From contig PS015010.1 in NCBI GenBank assembly GCA_048213135.1, positions 1,736,001 to 1,800,000 of the forward strand: DNA of 64,000 bases, read 5' to 3'. A program made the position numbers and the translations under genes. The notes beneath the pieces are model-generated. The model made no database searches. It was not told where the DNA came from and was given only the letters and a program-made list of their open reading frames with translations. This DNA comes from Reclinomonas americana ATCC 50394. Lineage: Eukaryota. This document shows positions 57,954-64,000 of this stretch, piece after piece; positions within the stretch are counted from its first letter, which is position 1, and the number at the start of each line of letters is the position of its first letter.

Positions 57954-59789
57954 ATGTGTGGAATTGTAGGATATACAGGCCCGAGGGAAGCCTATCCCAT
58001 TGTGATCACCGGGCTGAAAAGACTGGAGTACAGGGGTTATGACAGTACAGGTGTGGCACTCCTTAACGACGGGTTGAAAGTTTATAAAAAGAAAGGCCGT
58101 GTAGCGGAACTGGAAAATGCCATCATTGGCAAAGACCTGCATGCCAATACCGGCATTGGTCATACCCGCTGGGCCACCCACGGCGAACCCAGCGACCGTA
58201 ATGCCCACCCGCACAGCAGCGCCAGTGGCAAACTGGCCATGATCCATAACGGCATTATCGAGAACTATGCCCAGATCAAAAAAGAGCTGCTGAACAAGGG
58301 ATATGAATTTGTAAGTGATACCGACAGCGAAGTATTGCTCAACTTCATCGAAGACATCAAAACCAACAACGAATGCGATCTGGAAGAAGCCGTTCGCATC
58401 GCATTGAAACGTATTACCGGTGCTTATTGCATCCTGCTCATCGACGCTGATGATCCTGGTACCATTATCGCCGCACGCAAAGGAAGTCCGCTGGTGATCG
58501 GCGTAGGTAAAGGAGAACACTTTCTCGGTTCCGACGCTTCGCCCATGCTCGAATACACCAAGGAGGTAGTATACGTAAATGATTACGAGCTCGCCATTGT
58601 GAAACCCGATGAACTCATCCTGAAGAACCTGGGTAATGAGAAGATCACTCCATTCGTGACCAAACTCGATATGGAACTGGCGGCAATAGAAAAGGGCGGC
58701 TTTGATCATTTCATGATCAAGGAAATATTTGAACAGCCCAGCACCATTCATGACTGTCTCCGCGGACGCCTCAACGCCGCTGCGGGCACTATTACCATGA
58801 AAGGTGTGGAAGATAATATTGAACAGCTTAAGCATGCACCCCGCATCATCATCGTGGCCTGCGGCACCAGCTGGCATGCCGGGTTGGTGGCGGAATACGT
58901 AATAGAGGAACTCTGCCGCATACCGGTGGAAGTGGAATACGCGTCTGAATTCAGGTACCGCAACCCCATCGTGAACCCCGGTGATGTGATCATCGCCATA
59001 TCGCAAAGCGGTGAAACAGCGGATACACTTGTCGCCATCGAAAGGGCCAAACAAAACGGCGCCATCATTTTTGGGATCGTTAACGTAGTAGGTTCGTCTA
59101 TCGCCCGACTCAGTAACGGCGGCGCCTATACGCATGCTGGGCCTGAGATTGGTGTAGCATCTACAAAAGCATTTACCGGTCAGCTGGCCGTACTGATGAT
59201 GATGGCCCTCAAGATCGGGAAAGCCAAAGGCACCATCCCCGATGACCGCTATGCCCGCCTGCTGGTGGAACTGGAAGAGGTTCCGGAAAAAGTGGAAGCC
59301 CTGCTCAAAAGCGCCGACAACATCAAAGCGATTGCTCATAAATACAAGGACGCCCCCAACGCCCTGTTCCTGGGCCGGGGTTATAACTTCCCTATCGCGC
59401 TGGAAGGCGCCCTTAAACTGAAAGAGATTTCTTATATCCATGCCGAAGGTTATCCCGCGGCAGAAATGAAACACGGCCCGATAGCCCTGGTAGATGAAAA
59501 CCTGCCGGTCATCTTCGTAGCCACCAAAGACTCTTACCACGAAAAGATCGTCAGCAATATACAGGAGATCAAGGCCCGTAAAGGCAAAGTGATCGCCATT
59601 GTTACCGAAGGAGATGAAGTGATACCCGGACTGGCCGATGATGTATATTATGTTCCACCTGCCGACGAACTCGTTGCTCCCCTGCTGAGCTGCATTCCGC
59701 TGCAACTGCTCTCCTATTATGTGGGCATTGCCAAAGGTGTGGATGTGGACAAGCCGAGGAATCTCGCGAAAAGTGTTACCGTTGAATAG
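57954..59789 (+). CDS. glmS: Glutamine--fructose-6-phosphate transaminase
   Basis: MCGIVG, LEYRGYDS, GHTRWATHG, SQSGETAD, PRNLAKSVTVE. Confidence 0.98.
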   Translation: MCGIVGYTGPREAYPIVITGLKRLEYRGYDSTGVALLNDGLKVYKKKGRVAELENAIIGKDLHANTGIGHTRWATHGEPSDRNAHPHSSASGKLAMIHNGIIENYAQIKKELLNKGYEFVSDTDSEVLLNFIEDIKTNNECDLEEAVRIALKRITGAYCILLIDADDPGTIIAARKGSPLVIGVGKGEHFLGSDASPMLEYTKEVVYVNDYELAIVKPDELILKNLGNEKITPFVTKLDMELAAIEKGGFDHFMIKEIFEQPSTIHDCLRGRLNAAAGTITMKGVEDNIEQLKHAPRIIIVACGTSWHAGLVAEYVIEELCRIPVEVEYASEFRYRNPIVNPGDVIIAISQSGETADTLVAIERAKQNGAIIFGIVNVVGSSIARLSNGGAYTHAGPEIGVASTKAFTGQLAVLMMMALKIGKAKGTIPDDRYARLLVELEEVPEKVEALLKSADNIKAIAHKYKDAPNALFLGRGYNFPIALEGALKLKEISYIHAEGYPAAEMKHGPIALVDENLPVIFVATKDSYHEKIVSNIQEIKARKGKVIAIVTEGDEVIPGLADDVYYVPPADELVAPLLSCIPLQLLSYYVGIAKGVDVDKPRNLAKSVTVE

Positions 59790-59797
59790 CAAGCTGC

Positions 59798-61915
59798 ATG
59801 AATATCATCAATAAATATCCCGTTGACGACCTGGGTTATAACTTCATCGCCCAGGAATACCTTCCCGCAGGAAAAGATGAATACCATCTTCGCAACGAAC
59901 AGGCGCCAAAAGGGATCAGCTACCGCAAATTGACGGCCAACGAAATTGCCGTGATGGTGCGCAACCGCAATACATCCGACGACTGGAATAAAATACTCGT
60001 AGCCCGCTCATTCAATCCCGAGCTGGTGAAGAACTGTACTTTTTACGGTCTCATCCGCATCGGTAACCTGGAACCCCTGTTCCTGGAGTTCCATGATTTT
60101 AAAATGCCAGTTGGCTTGTACAACAGCACCATCATCAGTTGCGATTTTGGCAACAATGTGTGTATCGACAATGTAAATTACCTTAGTCATTATATCATCG
60201 GCAATGAAGTGATGATCGCCAATGTGAATGAACTGGCTACTACCAACAATGCCCGTTTCGGCAATGGCATCATCAAAGACGGAGAAAAGGAAAACATCCG
60301 CACCTGGCTGGAGTTGTGTAATGAAAACGGCGGCCGCAGCGTACTTCCTTTCAATGGTATGCTGCCCGGCGATGCCTGGTTGTGGAGTAAATACCGTGAT
60401 GATGAAGCTTTGCTGGAGAAGTTCAGGGAAATGACCGATAAACGTTTCAGCAAACTGAGGGGTTTTTACGGACAGGTAGGCGATCGTACGGTAATAAAGA
60501 ACTGCCACATCATTAAGGATGTATACGTGGGTTCGGATGCCTATTTCAAAGGCGCCAATAAACTCAAGAACCTGACCATTAACAGTGATGAAAAAAGAAG
60601 ATCGCAGATCGGTGAAGGATGTGAACTGGTGAATGGCATTGTGGGATTCGGATGCCGTATCTTTTACGGTGTAAAAGCCGTTCGTTTTGTGATGGCCTCC
60701 CACTCACAGCTGAAGTATGGCGCCCGCCTCATCAACTCTTACCTGGGTAATAATTCTACCATTTCCTGCTGCGAAGTATTGAACTCGCTCATCTTCCCGG
60801 CACATGAACAGCATCACAACAACTCCTTTCTCTGCGCATCGGTAGTGATGGGACAAAGCAATATGGCCGCGGGTGCTACCATTGGCAGCAACCACAACAG
60901 CCGCAGCCCGGATGGCGAACTGATTGCCGGCCGGGGATTCTGGCCCGGCTTATGTGTAAGTCTCAAACACAATTCCCGCTTTGCTTCCTTCAGCATTATT
61001 GCCAAAGGCGATTTTCCGGCGGAACTGGATATTCCCGTTCCTTTCAGTCTTATCAGCAATGATGTGACCAACGACAGGCTGGTGGTGATGCCTGCTTACT
61101 GGTTCCAGTACAATATGTACGCACTGGCACGCAACGCCTGGAAATATGTTGACCGCGACCGCCGCACAGAAAAGATACAGCATATAGAATACGATTACCT
61201 GGCGCCGGACACCATCAATGAAATTTTTAAAGGTATTGATATATTGCGCCAGTTACAGCCTGATGAAAATGGCACCGCTATTATTAAAGGATGGGAAAAT
61301 ACCGATCGCGATACCGCCATCATTAAAGTACCACAGGCAATGGCACTTTACCGCGAACTCATACAGTATTATGGTACCACGCAGCTTTTCCTCCATTTCC
61401 GCGACAATAAAATGAGCAGTTTTGATGAGTTGAAAAAAAGCCTCTCCGCCAAAGTGCAGCGCAGTGAATGGCTCAATGTAGGCGGACAACTCATTCAGAA
61501 AACAGAACTGGAAAAAGGGAAACGCAATATTAAATCCGGCAAAATCAAAAGCTGGGACGAACTTCACCAGTTTTATAAACAACAGGGCCAGGCTTATGCA
61601 GGCGACAAACTGAATCACGCTTATACCTCCCTGCTGGAAGTGCTGCACATTACTCCCAAACAATTCACCGCCGAAGTATTCAGCAATCTGCTGCAGAAAA
61701 TTATTGTTACCAGGGAGTGGATGGCCAAAGGCATACTGGATTCCAGGTCGAAGGATTATAAAAATCCATTCCGTAAAATGGTATACGACAATATGGATGA
61801 AATGAATAAAGTAGTAGGCCGGCTTGAGGACAACAGTTTCATACAACAACAGGTTAAAGAACTGGATGAGTTGAAAAAGCAGGTAAAAGCCGTTACCAGG
61901 AAAATAAAGGCCTGA
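59798..61915 (+). CDS. DUF4954 family protein (left-handed beta-helix-like)
   Basis: YRKLTANEI..N.SDDW, hexapeptide-like repeats, HEQHHN, AAGATIGSNH. Confidence 0.78.
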   Translation: MNIINKYPVDDLGYNFIAQEYLPAGKDEYHLRNEQAPKGISYRKLTANEIAVMVRNRNTSDDWNKILVARSFNPELVKNCTFYGLIRIGNLEPLFLEFHDFKMPVGLYNSTIISCDFGNNVCIDNVNYLSHYIIGNEVMIANVNELATTNNARFGNGIIKDGEKENIRTWLELCNENGGRSVLPFNGMLPGDAWLWSKYRDDEALLEKFREMTDKRFSKLRGFYGQVGDRTVIKNCHIIKDVYVGSDAYFKGANKLKNLTINSDEKRRSQIGEGCELVNGIVGFGCRIFYGVKAVRFVMASHSQLKYGARLINSYLGNNSTISCCEVLNSLIFPAHEQHHNNSFLCASVVMGQSNMAAGATIGSNHNSRSPDGELIAGRGFWPGLCVSLKHNSRFASFSIIAKGDFPAELDIPVPFSLISNDVTNDRLVVMPAYWFQYNMYALARNAWKYVDRDRRTEKIQHIEYDYLAPDTINEIFKGIDILRQLQPDENGTAIIKGWENTDRDTAIIKVPQAMALYRELIQYYGTTQLFLHFRDNKMSSFDELKKSLSAKVQRSEWLNVGGQLIQKTELEKGKRNIKSGKIKSWDELHQFYKQQGQAYAGDKLNHAYTSLLEVLHITPKQFTAEVFSNLLQKIIVTREWMAKGILDSRSKDYKNPFRKMVYDNMDEMNKVVGRLEDNSFIQQQVKELDELKKQVKAVTRKIKA

Positions 61916-61944
61916 TCCCCATCGTCACTTCAAAATTTCCGCAT

Positions 61945-62691
61945 ATGAAAAAAATATCCCTCCTGTTGCTGGGCATCATGCTGGCAGCAACCAGCTATGC
62001 ACAGGGTACCCAACCGGGTTGTTATCCTTATCCCCGCACGATTTCAGTGACGGGCAGCGCTGAGATGAATGTCATTCCCGATGAGATCTATGTACAGGTC
62101 ATTTTAAGGGAATACAAAAAGAAAGGCGAAAAAGTGGAGCTGGATAAGATCAAGACAGACTTCCTCAACAATTGCAAAACAGCAGGCATACCCGACAGCG
62201 CCATCTCAGTTGCTTCGTATGAAGGTTATGATATGTCGTATGTGGCCAGGCGTAGAAAGAAAGACCCTGAATTGTTTGCCTCCATTATTTACCAGCTCAA
62301 ATTCAATAATACCAAAAAGATCGACGAACTGGTTGACCGCCTCAATGATGATGCCACCAGCAATTTCTATATCGTACGCACTACACACAGTAAAATGGTG
62401 GAATACCGGAAACAATTAAAAATTATGGCCGTGAAAGCCGCCAGGGATAAAGCCGCTTATCTTTCCGAATCGGTTAACGAACAACTGGGCCAGGCCATTA
62501 CCATCACTGAACCAGAAGAATACGCCGGTTCCGATATTATGCAGGAGCGGTCAAAATATGGTTCCAATGTATATTCGAACGCGGTCAATATGAAAGAAAT
62601 GAAAAGCGGCATGGGAGATTTCAGCAATGGCGTTGATTACCGCAGGATAACAGTCCGTTACGAAGTAAAAGTATTGTACGCGTTAAAATAA
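61945..62691 (+). CDS. SIMPL (DUF541) domain protein
   Basis: Signal peptide, ISVTGSAEM.V.PD, AVKAARDKA, LGQAITI.E. Confidence 0.85.
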   Translation: MKKISLLLLGIMLAATSYAQGTQPGCYPYPRTISVTGSAEMNVIPDEIYVQVILREYKKKGEKVELDKIKTDFLNNCKTAGIPDSAISVASYEGYDMSYVARRRKKDPELFASIIYQLKFNNTKKIDELVDRLNDDATSNFYIVRTTHSKMVEYRKQLKIMAVKAARDKAAYLSESVNEQLGQAITITEPEEYAGSDIMQERSKYGSNVYSNAVNMKEMKSGMGDFSNGVDYRRITVRYEVKVLYALK

Positions 62692-62700
62692 ACCTACTTA

Positions 62701-63336
62701 GTGAAGCAGATCATTATACTATTCTTATTGGCCGGGTTTTGCACAGCCAGCTACAGCCAGAAGCAGTCCCTGGCTGAGATCAAAAAGGAACTGGAAACCA
62801 CGCCTAATCCTATTGGTTATGTAAAATTCAAACTGAAAAAAAAATACTTTATCGACTCCGTAAGCGTGGTAAGTACCATGAGCTTTATGGGCAAGGCCGA
62901 CAGCCTGGCCTATAAGGGAAAAGTGGGAAAAGTATACGGTCCTTTTAAACAGGAAAACATCCTGGTGAAGATACTCGCCAAAGCACCCAATACTTTTTAC
63001 CATGTAAAGCACATCCTGCTTGATACAACTGTTTACCGTCATGCATTTGCTGAAACCCTTGCCGACAGCATCATACAGCGTGTCAAAAACGGGACGTCTA
63101 CTTTCGCGGCACAGGCAAGTATCTACAGCGGCGATTTTATTTCCTCCCGGCTGGGCGGTGACCTGGGCTGGTTTGTAAGGGGCGTCATGCTGCCGCAGAT
63201 GGACCGGGAGTTACCCCGCAGAAAAAAAGGCGACATCTTCAAAGTATGGACAGCCGCGGGCTTGCATGTGATCCTTATCGCCGATAACCCGAAAGAGGAT
63301 ACGGGATATGCATTACTGCTGCGGGTTATCCTGTAA
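62701..63336 (+). CDS. Parvulin/PpiC-type peptidyl-prolyl isomerase
   Basis: HILL, F...A..YS, GGDLGWF, GLHVI. Confidence 0.8.
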   Translation: MKQIIILFLLAGFCTASYSQKQSLAEIKKELETTPNPIGYVKFKLKKKYFIDSVSVVSTMSFMGKADSLAYKGKVGKVYGPFKQENILVKILAKAPNTFYHVKHILLDTTVYRHAFAETLADSIIQRVKNGTSTFAAQASIYSGDFISSRLGGDLGWFVRGVMLPQMDRELPRRKKGDIFKVWTAAGLHVILIADNPKEDTGYALLLRVIL

Positions 63337-63353
63337 TATCATAAAAGAAAATG

Positions 63354-63390
63354 AAATAAAGTGCAGGTTGAAAGGCCTGCACTTTATTTT
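63354..63390. terminator. Bidirectional terminator
   Basis: AAATAAAGTGCAGG-N-CCTGCACTTTATTTT. Confidence 0.85.
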
Positions 63391-63395
63391 TAAGA

Positions 63396-64000
63396 TCAGG
63401 TAAGTGATACCCGTTTGCCTGATTTTCCTTTATGCGACCTGCGGTAAAAAAGTTCCACGATAAGCGGAAATACCAGCAGGGTGAGAATGGTGGAGCTGAT
63501 GAGCCCTCCTATCACAACAATCGCCAGCGGCTTCTGTGTCTCACTGCCAATACCTTTTGAAAGCGCCGCGGGCAGCAAACCTATGGCTGCCATCAGGGCC
63601 GTCATCACCACCGGTCTTATCCTCGACTGCACACCTTTCATCACCGCCGGTGCCAGCGGTATTTTCTGGTGGAGATTTTGTTTAAACTCCGAAACCAGTA
63701 TCACTCCGTTCTGGATACAGATACCGAACAAGGCAATAAAACCGATACCCGCCGAAATGCTGAATACCGTACCGGTAACGTGCAACGCCAGTATACCTCC
63801 CATGATCGCGAAAGGCACATTCAGCAACACCAGCCCTGCATCCACTGCGTTACCAAAACTGATGAACAGCAGGATGAAGATCATGACCAGTACTACCGGT
63901 ACCACCTGCGACAGTTTTTGCTGCGCCCTTACCTGGTTCTCAAATTCACCCGCCCATTCAATGCTCGACCCTTTACCCAGTTTAATCTGCTGGTTCACTT
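63396..64000 (-). CDS. CusA/CzcA family heavy-metal RND efflux transporter, C-terminal part (truncated by window)
   Basis: WAGEFEN, FSISAGIGFIALFGI, RIRPVVMTA, GSETQKPLAIVVIGG. Confidence 0.92.
   Translation of the reverse strand, partial: VNQQIKLGKGSSIEWAGEFENQVRAQQKLSQVVPVVLVMIFILLFISFGNAVDAGLVLLNVPFAIMGGILALHVTGTVFSISAGIGFIALFGICIQNGVILVSEFKQNLHQKIPLAPAVMKGVQSRIRPVVMTALMAAIGLLPAALSKGIGSETQKPLAIVVIGGLISSTILTLLVFPLIVELFYRRSHKGKSGKRVSLT

Noticed and set aside
45216-59792. Long antisense ORFs (45216-46571, 49646-51190, 53283-54443, 57915-59792 and similar elsewhere)
   Set aside because: They lie opposite well-supported genes, reflect codon bias and have no recognisable motifs

Overview
Chromosomal window from a Bacteroidota bacterium, probably Chitinophagaceae-like. 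This rests on TAnnTTTG promoters, T9SS cargo proteins and the parA-parB-DUF5683-dapB synteny. Core genes are punA, sucC, tRNA-Leu(CAG), dapD, tsaC, deaD, parA/parB, dapB, a threonine dehydrogenase-like SDR, kdsA, aconitase, mgtE and glmS. Accessory modules lie between them: an SdrD-B surface protein with a T9SS partner, an ArsR-SRPBCC-VOC operon, a 763-aa Cys-repeat/IPT protein beside the tRNA, a T9SS metalloprotease, three TPR-sensor histidine kinases, and a lipoprotein/prolyl-oligopeptidase/LytS-LytTR cluster. I saw no integrase, transposase, reverse transcriptase or cas gene. The most interesting signals are non-coding: (1) an unannotated short transcript (sRNA and/or 17-aa peptide) with three 21-bp-phased LytTR-type boxes, divergent from a LytTR + TPR-kinase pair; (2) heptamer-repeat inverted elements whose two arms covary from locus to locus; (3) a multi-stem ~190-nt leader of deaD; (4) a 5-copy 37-bp REP/BIME-like array; (5) a Flavo-1-like RNA. 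All family assignments come from motif recognition by eye; no searches were run.
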